From: a virus
Length of the DNA: 64,000 nucleotides
Strand: one strand, 5' to 3'
Virus record (IMG/VR): IMGVR_UViG_3300042402_001868
Location: 1-64,000 of that record
Below are positions 9,202 to 18,182 of this stretch, piece by piece. Under the pieces are notes generated by a model. The model did no database searches and was not told where the DNA came from. It saw nothing but the letters and a program-made list of their open reading frames with translations. Position numbers and translations under genes: made by a program. How positions within the stretch are numbered: position 1 is the first letter of the stretch; every line of letters starts with the position of its first letter.

Positions 9202-9540
9202 ATGGCAGACATTTACACAATTTGGGCAGACAAAGAAGGCGACATCTCAGACTTGGACTGGGTCAACGGCATGAAAAGTTTTTTTGATCATTTAAAATCA
9301 GAAGGCCGTATGGAGGACTATCGCATCACTAGATGCAAGATGGGGTTTAGATCAATCGCAGACATGCCCGAATGGATGATACTCATGGAGTTCCGAGACA
9401 TGGCTCAGATGGATTCAGCTTTCAAACGTGTTGCTCCGTTGTCTGGAGAATTAGAAGCCAAACACAAGAGTTTTAATCAATTTGTGTCAGGAACAATTCA
9501 GCATGCATTGTTCCGTGATTGGCCCGACACGTTTGTATGA
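9202..9540 (+). CDS. Hypothetical protein, DUF6614-like (dimeric alpha/beta barrel-type)
   Basis: Probable start at the ATG at 9202 (MADIYTIW). Motifs YRITRCKMGF..PEWMILMEF..MAQMDSAF..ALFRDWPD. Confidence 0.55.
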   Translation: MADIYTIWADKEGDISDLDWVNGMKSFFDHLKSEGRMEDYRITRCKMGFRSIADMPEWMILMEFRDMAQMDSAFKRVAPLSGELEAKHKSFNQFVSGTIQHALFRDWPDTFV

Positions 9541-10550
9541 AGATTTGCATTTTTTCTGGCAGATCAATTGGAGGTACATTCCTTGATTGGAGCATACATT
9601 TTCTAACTGGCCAGACACAGTATTTTTCGTCAAAACAAAATCAGTTTATTCCTCTAAGCCAAAATCCAGTAAATCACATTCAACACAATGCTCATGGGCA
9701 TTTAAAAAATCATCCAGCAGGAGCCGACAAAACAAAACAGTTTCTTGAAACGTGTAACTCGACTGAATTATACTCGTTATACGCATGTCCACTTCATAAC
9801 AGTACAATTATAGAAAAATATAAAATTGATCCTGTAAAAGAAAATCTCAATGAGATCACTCAACACAAGTTAGCTGACATAAAAAAATTATTCACAGTAA
9901 TGGCAGAACACGGTTCAGCAACTGTTCATCTAGCTGGTGAATCGTTTGTTCCGTTGTATTTTTTAGGTGTTAGAGATCTTGGTACGTTTGTGCTTAAAAA
10001 TGGAAAGCCAGCATCAGTTGAAGAATTAAAAAATGATTTTGAGACTGTATTTTTTAGTGACAGCAATGAAAAGTGGAATGCCGCAGGATTAACCAACAGT
10101 TGGGATATTAGAGAAAAAAATGCTTTAAACATCAGACCACTGGATCCCATACACGAACATTACCTATCAATTCCACACCTGCGTATTGACTGCAGAGAAT
10201 TATGGCATAACGGAATCAGTGTTATCAACAGAGTCATAAACTATCTTAAACTCAAGATTGTACCAGACAGATTTGCCCAATGGAAGAACGTTTATGCCCA
10301 ATGGAGCAAGACACATATAGAATCCATGGAGTTTGTATACAACTGTGATCATATTGTGTCAGCAATTGTTAACAATTGGGACTATGCTATCAATTTGACA
10401 TTTGAGCAAGAGGTAATAATACAACACTTTTTGATTTACAAACATGGTCTTAATCTTAAAACCTGGCAACTAGACAAATTTCCCAGCAATACAAATCAAC
10501 TGCACAGTCTTCTAGAAAACAACATACATCAAATTCCCAAGATCTACTAA
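9537..10550 (+). CDS. Hypothetical protein, sulfotransferase/P-loop-like N-terminus
   Basis: Start at an ATGA overlap. IFSGRSIGGTFLDWSI resembles the PAPS 5'-PSB loop. AT-rich. Confidence 0.45.
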   Translation: MKICIFSGRSIGGTFLDWSIHFLTGQTQYFSSKQNQFIPLSQNPVNHIQHNAHGHLKNHPAGADKTKQFLETCNSTELYSLYACPLHNSTIIEKYKIDPVKENLNEITQHKLADIKKLFTVMAEHGSATVHLAGESFVPLYFLGVRDLGTFVLKNGKPASVEELKNDFETVFFSDSNEKWNAAGLTNSWDIREKNALNIRPLDPIHEHYLSIPHLRIDCRELWHNGISVINRVINYLKLKIVPDRFAQWKNVYAQWSKTHIESMEFVYNCDHIVSAIVNNWDYAINLTFEQEVIIQHFLIYKHGLNLKTWQLDKFPSNTNQLHSLLENNIHQIPKIY

Positions 10551-10963
10551 AGATGTGCAAGCACATCTATTGACTCGCTATCGCTCATCAATGTTTTTTT
10601 AATACTTGAGCGAAGCGATTTAAGCTATTATCTAGATTACGTGGTCATAGTTCACCGTATGCACGGTGAACAAAAAACGCCATTATCTGAGTATAGCAGT
10701 CATCTATCATAATGAGATTGTAGTTTCCTACACGGAGGCGGTTGACCGGTACCCCCTACTCAAGCTTCACGTATCAACGGAACCCTAGTAACCCGATATA
10801 GATCCAAGTCCTATAAGCTGGGGTTGTATCTTTTTCACATCTCCCCGACCATTTGTTGCCTTAAGTTAGCAATTGCCTTTGACGCCCAAGTCTAAATATG
10901 GTATCGCACATATCCTCAATGGGGTTGAGCCACATCGCCCAACACAGTGTCCTAATTGATGCC
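10551..10963. ncRNA. Structured non-coding element (candidate ncRNA on the - strand and/or replication origin)
   Basis: The only long intergenic stretch in the window. Multiple hairpins: AGATGTGC-AA-GCACATCT (10551-10568), GTTCACCGT-ATGC-ACGGTGAAC (10650-10671), TGTAG-GAAA-CTACA on - (10719-10732), CTCAA-TGGGG-TTGAG (10915-10929). Confidence 0.45.
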
Positions 10964-11392
10964 TTACAGTTTGTCTATTATATGAGAGCCATGCACACGC
11001 ACTTGTATGTGGCCATTGTAATAATCTCGTGATTCCAATACTCTTCTTGAAAATTGCTCTCTTGCTTCGATGTAACTACATTCCGATTTGGAGTTGCAAT
11101 AAAAAAGTATTTCTCTGGTGAAGTTTTCGGTGCCTAGTTTGATTACGTCTAAAGTTAATTCTGGGCTTGACCCATAGTACTCTCTCCAGTCTGAGTCGAC
11201 CTTTGATCGTATCTTTTTCTTCTTCTTGATGCCGTTCTTTTGCTTAACTGTCTTGTATGTTGTCTTGCTAAATTTTGCTAATTTTTTGCCTATGTACTTG
11301 CGTCCAGTGAGATTATTTGTGATCAAGTAAACAAATCCAACACACTCTTCGGGCAACGTCTCGATTGGGGTATCTTGATATAGCCATGTCAT
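10964..11392 (-). CDS. GIY-YIG family endonuclease (Seg/EndoII-like, single domain)
   Basis: GFVYLITNNLTGRKYIGKK, YYGSS, FTREIL, E, YYN motifs, with a Lys-rich insert. Confidence 0.85.
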   Translation of the reverse strand: MTWLYQDTPIETLPEECVGFVYLITNNLTGRKYIGKKLAKFSKTTYKTVKQKNGIKKKKKIRSKVDSDWREYYGSSPELTLDVIKLGTENFTREILFYCNSKSECSYIEAREQFSRRVLESRDYYNGHIQVRVHGSHIIDKL

Positions 11393-11451
11393 GTGTTGTA
11401 TGCGATTTATCCTTGCTTTATAGTTATGCCTTACAGTTGATTTTTAAAATT

Positions 11452-13533
11452 TTATGCCAGCTCTATGTCTGTATTGTAGCTAGTGAAGCCGTTTTCTTTG
11501 ACAACTTTCAGGATGTTTTCCACACGTCCTGCAAGCTCATCTCTATGACTCACCAGCCAAATTGATTTGTGTCGTTCTCTGCTCATCTTCTTCAGCAATG
11601 CCAAGGCATTTTCCACGCCTTGTGTGTCTAGCCCGTTGTCAATTAGTTCGTCAATAAACAACAAGTTGATTGGCGAGTACAAACTTTCCCAAACATCTCG
11701 GAATGCCCAGCTCATGGATAAGATCAAGCGATTGCGCTCACCACGTGATAAGTTATCAAAGTCCAGTTCACGACCCAGTTCTTCAATCATCACACTCAAG
11801 TCGTTTTGGAACTTCACAGTATGTGGCAAACCAATACGATCTAAGTAGTGTGTGAGTCGTGCATTTAGATAACTCAAATTCTGATCAATAATCTTCTTAC
11901 GCACAAAACTATCTTTTGATGTCAATAGTTTGAGCAAGAAGTCTTGATGTTCTTGAAGTCTTGTAAGGTCATTGAGTGCATCGTAGCTTACAACTTGTAA
12001 TGCCTGTTGTTGCATTTCGACAATCTGTTCTGTGTAAGGATCCTTCTCTTCACCTTTGGTGGCAATCTGTGTCAGCAGAGTGTTCATGCGACTACGATGA
12101 TCAACTGCCTGTGCTTCTGTATCGTAATGTGTGACAGGTTGTGTGCCAACCTCTACAGGTGTATGTTCTGCCAGTTGTTCAGCATAGGGATCTGTTTCTG
12201 CACGTTTAGCATCAATCTTGTGCTGAATGTTTTCCAGTTCACTTGAGTGACGAATGGCTTGTGTTTCTGTTCGGTAATGTGTGGTAGGTTTAATACCCAG
12301 TTCACCTAGTGCAGCCAATGCATCTGTATTTTCCATCCACTGACCATTTGTGGACAATGCTTGTAGTGCGGCGTCCTGCAGAGCTTTTTCTTTTGTGCCC
12401 AATACTGTTTCGTGATTGGCGTCATGAAAGTCTTGACCACATGCATAACATTTGTGATTTTTTAGTTCTTCAATTTCAGTTCTGAGTTTATCAATGACTT
12501 TTTGTTCTTTGGCTTCATCCGCAACACATCTGGCAATCAGTTTCTCAAGGTCTGCAATGTCCTTGGCTTGTTGTGTGTAAGCGACCAAGTCCACATGTGC
12601 CTGTAGTTCTGCTTGAATATCAATATGGCTGAGATTGTTGTAAGTTAGTTCCAACTCGCTGATGTCTTTTTGTTGTTTTTGTTTCCAAGCAGTTTGTCGA
12701 CCAACTAGAGCAGTATACGCATCTTGTTGTTGTTTCCTTGTGGTCCACACGGCTAGATCTTTGTGAGCCAGCAATTCTACTTCGATGTCAATCTTGGCTA
12801 GATCATCATATTGTGCCACAAGGTACGCTACATCACTGTCGTACTTTTTTTGCCAAAGCACTTGCCTGCGTTTCAAACTTTCGATCTGTTCTTCGATGCG
12901 TTTGTTGGCTTCTTGCTCGGCGCGGATACGGAATTCTTCTTGTGAGATGCTGTCTTTGGTCTGACGGTTGAGTTCTTTGATGGCGTCTGCACGTTCCGAA
13001 AGCAAGGTGATGCCCAACAACTGTTCAATGATGTTGCGTTGGTCATTGGCTTTTAAACTCAAGAATGGTTCGGTATAAGTGTTCAACGCCAACACATGTT
13101 TAAACATGTCGTGGCTCATATTCATCACACGTTCGATGGCATCTTGTGTTTCTCGGCTGTCGCCTTGAGCTTCGTCTGTGGCTACCTGAGCCTCATTGTT
13201 TACATAGAATCGTAGCACGTTGGGTTTACGCCCACGCTCAATCTTGTATTCTTGTCCGTTAACAGCAAAATCCAGACTCACAAGCATGTTCTTACCATTG
13301 GTCTTGTTCACAAGATTGTCTTTGCGGATATTACTCAAGGCCTGGCCGTACAGGGCATAACTCAGCGCATTGATGATTGTGGTCTTGCCTGTACCGTTTC
13401 TAGAACCGTCGCCACCAAGATCCAGATTCTCTCCTAGCACAAGCGTAAGATCGTTGCGATCAAAGTCAATGCCCTGTGTGGCATTGCCCACACTCATAAA
13501 GTTCTTAACAGTTAAATTTTTAATTTGAATCAT
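11452..13533 (-). CDS. gp46: Recombination endonuclease ATPase subunit (T4 gp46 / SbcC / Rad50)
   Basis: Walker A NGTGKTT, zinc hook CYAC, signature LSRGE, Walker B LLFIDE, H-loop VSH. Confidence 0.95.
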   Translation of the reverse strand: MIQIKNLTVKNFMSVGNATQGIDFDRNDLTLVLGENLDLGGDGSRNGTGKTTIINALSYALYGQALSNIRKDNLVNKTNGKNMLVSLDFAVNGQEYKIERGRKPNVLRFYVNNEAQVATDEAQGDSRETQDAIERVMNMSHDMFKHVLALNTYTEPFLSLKANDQRNIIEQLLGITLLSERADAIKELNRQTKDSISQEEFRIRAEQEANKRIEEQIESLKRRQVLWQKKYDSDVAYLVAQYDDLAKIDIEVELLAHKDLAVWTTRKQQQDAYTALVGRQTAWKQKQQKDISELELTYNNLSHIDIQAELQAHVDLVAYTQQAKDIADLEKLIARCVADEAKEQKVIDKLRTEIEELKNHKCYACGQDFHDANHETVLGTKEKALQDAALQALSTNGQWMENTDALAALGELGIKPTTHYRTETQAIRHSSELENIQHKIDAKRAETDPYAEQLAEHTPVEVGTQPVTHYDTEAQAVDHRSRMNTLLTQIATKGEEKDPYTEQIVEMQQQALQVVSYDALNDLTRLQEHQDFLLKLLTSKDSFVRKKIIDQNLSYLNARLTHYLDRIGLPHTVKFQNDLSVMIEELGRELDFDNLSRGERNRLILSMSWAFRDVWESLYSPINLLFIDELIDNGLDTQGVENALALLKKMSRERHKSIWLVSHRDELAGRVENILKVVKENGFTSYNTDIELA

Positions 13534-14639
13534 AGGTTGATTTTATTATACAGGGGTTTGTATTCTGTTTCAACGTATTCGAGCAACCGAGCACGATTGT
13601 GTTCTAAGATAGGTGTCATAGCTTGGTACATGTCAACCAGCTCGCTAATCGGTTTAGTTATAATGCTCTGTACAACGTTGCAACACTTTAAAAATCTTAA
13701 CTGCGGATCCAATTCATTGTCATAACTTTCATCCCAAAAGTTGTCAAAAGTTTTAAACCCATGTTTTCTTAGATACCTTAGTGTGCCTTTGGCTGAGAAA
13801 AGTACAAACGGAGTTTTGAACAATAATGGCTTTAACGTTTTTTCGCTAATGAAAACATGAGGGTAATCAAACACAGTCTCTAATACAACTTCAAGAAAAA
13901 AATCATTGTAGAAGTTGCTAGAGTCGCCTTCTAGGTCACTGCGAGGATAGTCTCTAAAAGAATTTAAGTCTATAATATCGTTATATTGACTTTGCGAAAA
14001 ACATGTCTCGTTAATACGATGTGGAGATGTGTATATCATATTTGACAAACTCTTTGATGGATACACTAGGTTGTGCAGGTGCTTGGTGCCAACAGAGTTG
14101 GATCTTAATTTTTTATGAAATTTAGACTTATAATTCACCTTGATGTAGTCAAATAAGTTATTTTTTACAAGGTATTGAAAAAATTTAGTACGAGGTTGTC
14201 TTTCAACACCTAACAAACAAAATGCACTGTGTGAAATTTTTTTAGACGCTATAAACGTCGGCACAGCAAGCACTCCGTTCCATGAATGGTTATTAACTAA
14301 AGTTGGTATAATCAACGGACGATCACGCTGATGTACAATAAACGGATCAATGGCAGCATCAAGATCACTGTGATTGGTATAAACTACCATGACATGATAT
14401 GGGATATCCAAGTCTCTCCAACAAGTTAATAGATTGTGCATGGTAAACCCTAACTTGTTTCCGTAATAGAAGTATTCTGTATCGTTATGCAGTATTATGA
14501 TTTTATCAGATGGTGTATATTGGTCTTTTTTTACAGCAGTTAACTGTTCAACCAGCAGATCAAAATTCTGATCATAGTCCAGCAGATTGAACACATTGAG
14601 TACATTGACATCGGCATTGATAAAATCTTGATGAGTCAT
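13530..14639 (-). CDS. Glycosyltransferase-like protein (ET...SEKxxKP...GFxTF..DESYD family)
   Basis: VVLETVFDYPHVFISEKTLKPL...GFKTFDNFWDESYD, reminiscent of the GT10/GT-B nucleotide-sugar-binding motif. Paralogous to 55872-56996 and 61182-62120. Confidence 0.55.
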   Translation of the reverse strand: MTHQDFINADVNVLNVFNLLDYDQNFDLLVEQLTAVKKDQYTPSDKIIILHNDTEYFYYGNKLGFTMHNLLTCWRDLDIPYHVMVVYTNHSDLDAAIDPFIVHQRDRPLIIPTLVNNHSWNGVLAVPTFIASKKISHSAFCLLGVERQPRTKFFQYLVKNNLFDYIKVNYKSKFHKKLRSNSVGTKHLHNLVYPSKSLSNMIYTSPHRINETCFSQSQYNDIIDLNSFRDYPRSDLEGDSSNFYNDFFLEVVLETVFDYPHVFISEKTLKPLLFKTPFVLFSAKGTLRYLRKHGFKTFDNFWDESYDNELDPQLRFLKCCNVVQSIITKPISELVDMYQAMTPILEHNRARLLEYVETEYKPLYNKINL

Positions 14640-15443
14640 TTAAAATTTAAAAATATGTAATCTTATCCAATGGGCATGTGCTTGCTGTAGATAAACATGA
14701 TCAATGGGTGCAATACCTAATTGTTTACACAACAAGTCTATTGCAGGCACTAGTTTGTTTATATCTAAAATTTCGCTCAGATTGATAAAAATACTGTTCT
14801 CTGGAAAGTTAGCTTGATTTGCAAAAAATTTAGTGTTTGGATTGTTCCATAGTACTCGACGATAAAAACTAAACACGCTCTCGTCTACAAACATTGGATT
14901 GTTGAATCCCTTCATGATGGATCTAGTAGGTTCTGGATACATATCAGGATTGTTAATCTTGAGATAAATTTTGTTATCTTTGACACCGTAGTGTTTAAAC
15001 CAAAGCGACTTTCTTAAAAATCTCAAGGATGGTTGATCATTGATAATAACCAACGGTGCTAGATTCTGATAGGCCACAGGAGGGACTGGTTTGTTGTTTA
15101 CAATCAAAATGTGCTTGTTGATACTAACAGACTTCCAAAAATATTCGCTAGCATCTGTTTGCAGTTGAGTGTTAAAGTCGGTAATTGTTTGGCTACTGCC
15201 ACGGGCCATTTTGTTACTGATCCAATGTATATTCCACGGAGTCACTGGATTTGGCTCAGTCTTTAACCATGAATCAAAAGAACTAAACGAATTGCGCACG
15301 TAAGACAGTAGTTGATCATTGGTTTTATTTTCTTCAATTGATTGATCAAAATGTGCTACGGATCGACTGCCCATTAGTAATGATAGAAGAAACTTTCCGG
15401 CAGCTCCTTCGTTGAAGCGCACAAACAAAAAATTAGGTTTCAA
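14640..15443 (-). CDS. Hypothetical protein, sulfotransferase-like N-terminal loop
   Basis: Likely TTG start overlapping the upstream TGA. FVRFNEGAAGKFLLSLL loop. Confidence 0.45.
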   Translation of the reverse strand: MKPNFLFVRFNEGAAGKFLLSLLMGSRSVAHFDQSIEENKTNDQLLSYVRNSFSSFDSWLKTEPNPVTPWNIHWISNKMARGSSQTITDFNTQLQTDASEYFWKSVSINKHILIVNNKPVPPVAYQNLAPLVIINDQPSLRFLRKSLWFKHYGVKDNKIYLKINNPDMYPEPTRSIMKGFNNPMFVDESVFSFYRRVLWNNPNTKFFANQANFPENSIFINLSEILDINKLVPAIDLLCKQLGIAPIDHVYLQQAHAHWIRLHIFKF

Positions 15444-16402
15444 CTGTTGATACCTTGAACACACTGTTGAATACTTTGATCTATAGTTTGATAGTGATAT
15501 TTGCCAAAGGTTAACGACAACTTATCAACTGATGGAATTCTGACTAAAACATCATGCGAGTACTCCTTGACTGTTTGAAATTCCAAGTGGTCGGTAGAGT
15601 CTTGCCAATGAAAAATCTTTTCAGCAAGTTGTTTCATAGTAACAGGCTCAACATTGCAAATGTTAAATGCTTGGTTAAGTGCGCGATCATCAAAACTGTA
15701 TCGAGATATAATTTCAGCAACATCGTCAATCCATGTAAAGCATCTAATCTGATTGCCGTCTCCAATTATTGGTAACGGATTGAGTTTGTTAACTAGAATG
15801 TTGTTAATAAAATCTGCAAACACATGACTAAAGCCTTGTGTGGGCATAGACTTTTCGTACGGAGTAATAATATTAAAAGGCCGCCACACTGTGTAGTTGA
15901 TGCTGTATTGTTTATAAAATGCCTGGCACATTCTCTCACCGAGCAGCTTGCTCAAGCCGTAGTCTGTTTTAGGAACAACACAGTCATTGACTAAATCTTC
16001 AGTCACTGGATAATGGGGGTCTTGAATGCAAGATTCGTATACCATACTAGAACTAATGTACACTACATGTTTAACATTGTGCTTGGCACAGCTTTGTAAT
16101 ATGTTGCCTTGAATCGCAGTGTCGTCGGCAATGATATCACCACAATAGTGATTAAACCCTCCGACACCGTAAATTTTTGCTGCCGCTAAAAACACAACGT
16201 CAAACCCCTGACAAAGATCAGCAGTTGCTTGCCGATCAGCTAGGTCTTGATTGATAAACTTGTAATCTTGATTTGCCAAAGTAGAAACCTTGCCATGTCG
16301 ATACAAGTTATCAATTCCGACTATGGTATGCCCTTGTTTTAGAAGTTTTGGAATGACAGCTTGCATCAAACTGCCTTCGCTTCCGGTAATTAATATTTTC
16401 AT
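15440..16402 (-). CDS. NAD-dependent nucleotide-sugar epimerase/dehydratase (extended SDR)
   Basis: ILITGSEG Rossmann motif, ISSSMVY, YGLSK catalytic YxxxK, GDGNQIRCFTWIDD. Confidence 0.9.
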   Translation of the reverse strand: MKILITGSEGSLMQAVIPKLLKQGHTIVGIDNLYRHGKVSTLANQDYKFINQDLADRQATADLCQGFDVVFLAAAKIYGVGGFNHYCGDIIADDTAIQGNILQSCAKHNVKHVVYISSSMVYESCIQDPHYPVTEDLVNDCVVPKTDYGLSKLLGERMCQAFYKQYSINYTVWRPFNIITPYEKSMPTQGFSHVFADFINNILVNKLNPLPIIGDGNQIRCFTWIDDVAEIISRYSFDDRALNQAFNICNVEPVTMKQLAEKIFHWQDSTDHLEFQTVKEYSHDVLVRIPSVDKLSLTFGKYHYQTIDQSIQQCVQGINS

Positions 16403-17169
16403 TTAAAATTTTTGTTGTCGTTAACAATAGCTGAAAACAGATTTAAATCTGTCAGACCTAAAGACTGTGCAAACGAAGCAAATGCTTCGGTATCCTTGGG
16501 CAAACAATGCCCGCCAAATCCTCTATAATTGGCACTACAAAGCAAGTAGTCTGGAAGGATTCCGCGTTTTTTAGTAATAGCTTGCAACACGTTTTGATAA
16601 TCAGCTTTTGTTTTTTGACAAACTTCAAACATGTTGTTGGCAAATACAATTCTTAATGCATTATACAAGTTGGAAAAATATTTAACTATTTCTGCTTCAG
16701 TAGGTGTTACTCTACTAGAAGATTTGGGAATGAGTCTGTGGCTAGCAACAATTTGTTCGTAAACATAGTTGTTATCAGTACCGACTACCAGTACATCGTG
16801 ATTATTAACAAAATCTGCAAGTGCAGATTTGGCCCTTAGAAATTCTGGAACCATACAAATTTTTAAATTAGGATATTGCCCAATCAATGATTCGGTGGTG
16901 CCAGGTAACACAGTGCTTTTAATAGCAATAATTCCAGAGTACATTAAGTCATTGAGATTCTGAACAATCTGATAAATCTGAGTCAGATCGCAATGTCCGT
17001 TGCTGGTGTCAGTTGGCACACAAACAAAGATGATATCAGTGGTTACTACGTCATTTATAGAGGTGTCGGGGTGAGCAATGTCATAAAAATACATATCATT
17101 ACCAACCTGTCCCAAGCCTTGGTAAACAGCTAGTCCGACTACACCTAATCCAATGATTCCAATTTTCAT
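16399..17169 (-). CDS. UDP-glucose/GDP-mannose 6-dehydrogenase family protein (short form)
   Basis: GLGVVG, CVPT, IKSTVLPGTT, PEFL, AEIVKY..N and the catalytic GFGGHCLPKD. Confidence 0.9.
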   Translation of the reverse strand: MKIGIIGLGVVGLAVYQGLGQVGNDMYFYDIAHPDTSINDVVTTDIIFVCVPTDTSNGHCDLTQIYQIVQNLNDLMYSGIIAIKSTVLPGTTESLIGQYPNLKICMVPEFLRAKSALADFVNNHDVLVVGTDNNYVYEQIVASHRLIPKSSSRVTPTEAEIVKYFSNLYNALRIVFANNMFEVCQKTKADYQNVLQAITKKRGILPDYLLCSANYRGFGGHCLPKDTEAFASFAQSLGLTDLNLFSAIVNDNKNFK

Positions 17170-18182
17170 AATGTTTGATAAATCCTTAGTAACAATTTGT
17201 TGTCGTAGAACTCTGACTCGATGTTAGTAAGTTGATCTGTTACAATTTGATCCACAGATTCAAATTTTACTTCTCCAGGTGCCATGTCTGTATCTACACC
17301 AGAGTTTTTGTTGGGAATCAATGCCATTTCTCGCAGTTGATATTGTTTAATAAATGTTTCTTTGATAAAGTTAGCTTCTTCATAACTGATTTCAATGTCT
17401 AGTTGCACACGAACATGCATGTCTTTTGCAAGTAGCGTGGCAGCGTTGTCAATAACCGAGCTCAGGCCTAGCACACGATATCTAGGTTGGTCAGGCCAAG
17501 CATGATGTACAGGATCCTGCCCCCATTCTAAAATAGTTAATCCGCGATCATCATCACCAGCGTCAGCATAGTTGTGCGGAAAGCAGTTGCCAATATAGGT
17601 GATGTTCTTTTTGGTTTGACGTTTGTGAAAGTGTCCAGTGAATACATGTTCGAAGTTGTTGAAGTCTTCTCTGCGGATCTCGCCGTGGTCTGGCATTTCT
17701 ACCATGGCATTCATCATGTAGCCGGGCAGTTCAAAGTGTCCAAACATGTACTTGCCTGACAGTTTTGGTATGCGTTTGTGATCGTCACCACACAGCCAGG
17801 GAGCAATAACCACATCACCACTGCTGAACCAATCGTTGCATATAGTAACATTAGGTAGATGCCTTGCCCACTCCACACTTTGTATATCGCGATTGTCTCG
17901 ATAATATAGATCGTGATTACCGGGAATAAAATAAACACGCTCAAAGTTGGCACTCATGTGCTCCAATGCTTGGAGACTGTAGTTGAGTGTAACAATGTTT
18001 AGGCTGGACCGGTTGTTGTGCCAGTCGCCTAAGAACAAACAGGTTTCGCAACCCTCTGCCTGGGCTTTAGCGGTGGCCCACTTGACAAAAGCCAAGCAGT
18101 CTTCGTTGTGTAACGTACTGTTTGACTTTAGGCCAAAGTGGATGTCTGTGAAGATTGCGGCTTTTTTAAATAGATTTGTCAT
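17166..18182 (-). CDS. gp47: Recombination endonuclease nuclease subunit (T4 gp47 / SbcD / Mre11)
   Basis: Metallophosphoesterase motifs TDIHFG, LGD, GNHD, GHFH. Start taken at MTNLFKK. Confidence 0.93.
   Translation of the reverse strand: MTNLFKKAAIFTDIHFGLKSNSTLHNEDCLAFVKWATAKAQAEGCETCLFLGDWHNNRSSLNIVTLNYSLQALEHMSANFERVYFIPGNHDLYYRDNRDIQSVEWARHLPNVTICNDWFSSGDVVIAPWLCGDDHKRIPKLSGKYMFGHFELPGYMMNAMVEMPDHGEIRREDFNNFEHVFTGHFHKRQTKKNITYIGNCFPHNYADAGDDDRGLTILEWGQDPVHHAWPDQPRYRVLGLSSVIDNAATLLAKDMHVRVQLDIEISYEEANFIKETFIKQYQLREMALIPNKNSGVDTDMAPGEVKFESVDQIVTDQLTNIESEFYDNKLLLRIYQTL

Noticed and set aside
10650-10677. GTTCACCGT hairpin as an intrinsic terminator
   Set aside because: It is followed by A's on + and preceded, not followed, by the T-run on -, so it lacks a 3' U-tract on either strand. 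Treated as part of the structured element.
10551-11392. Group I intron with a homing endonuclease
   Set aside because: No interrupted host gene (flanking genes are complete and convergent) and no recognisable P7/R-S consensus
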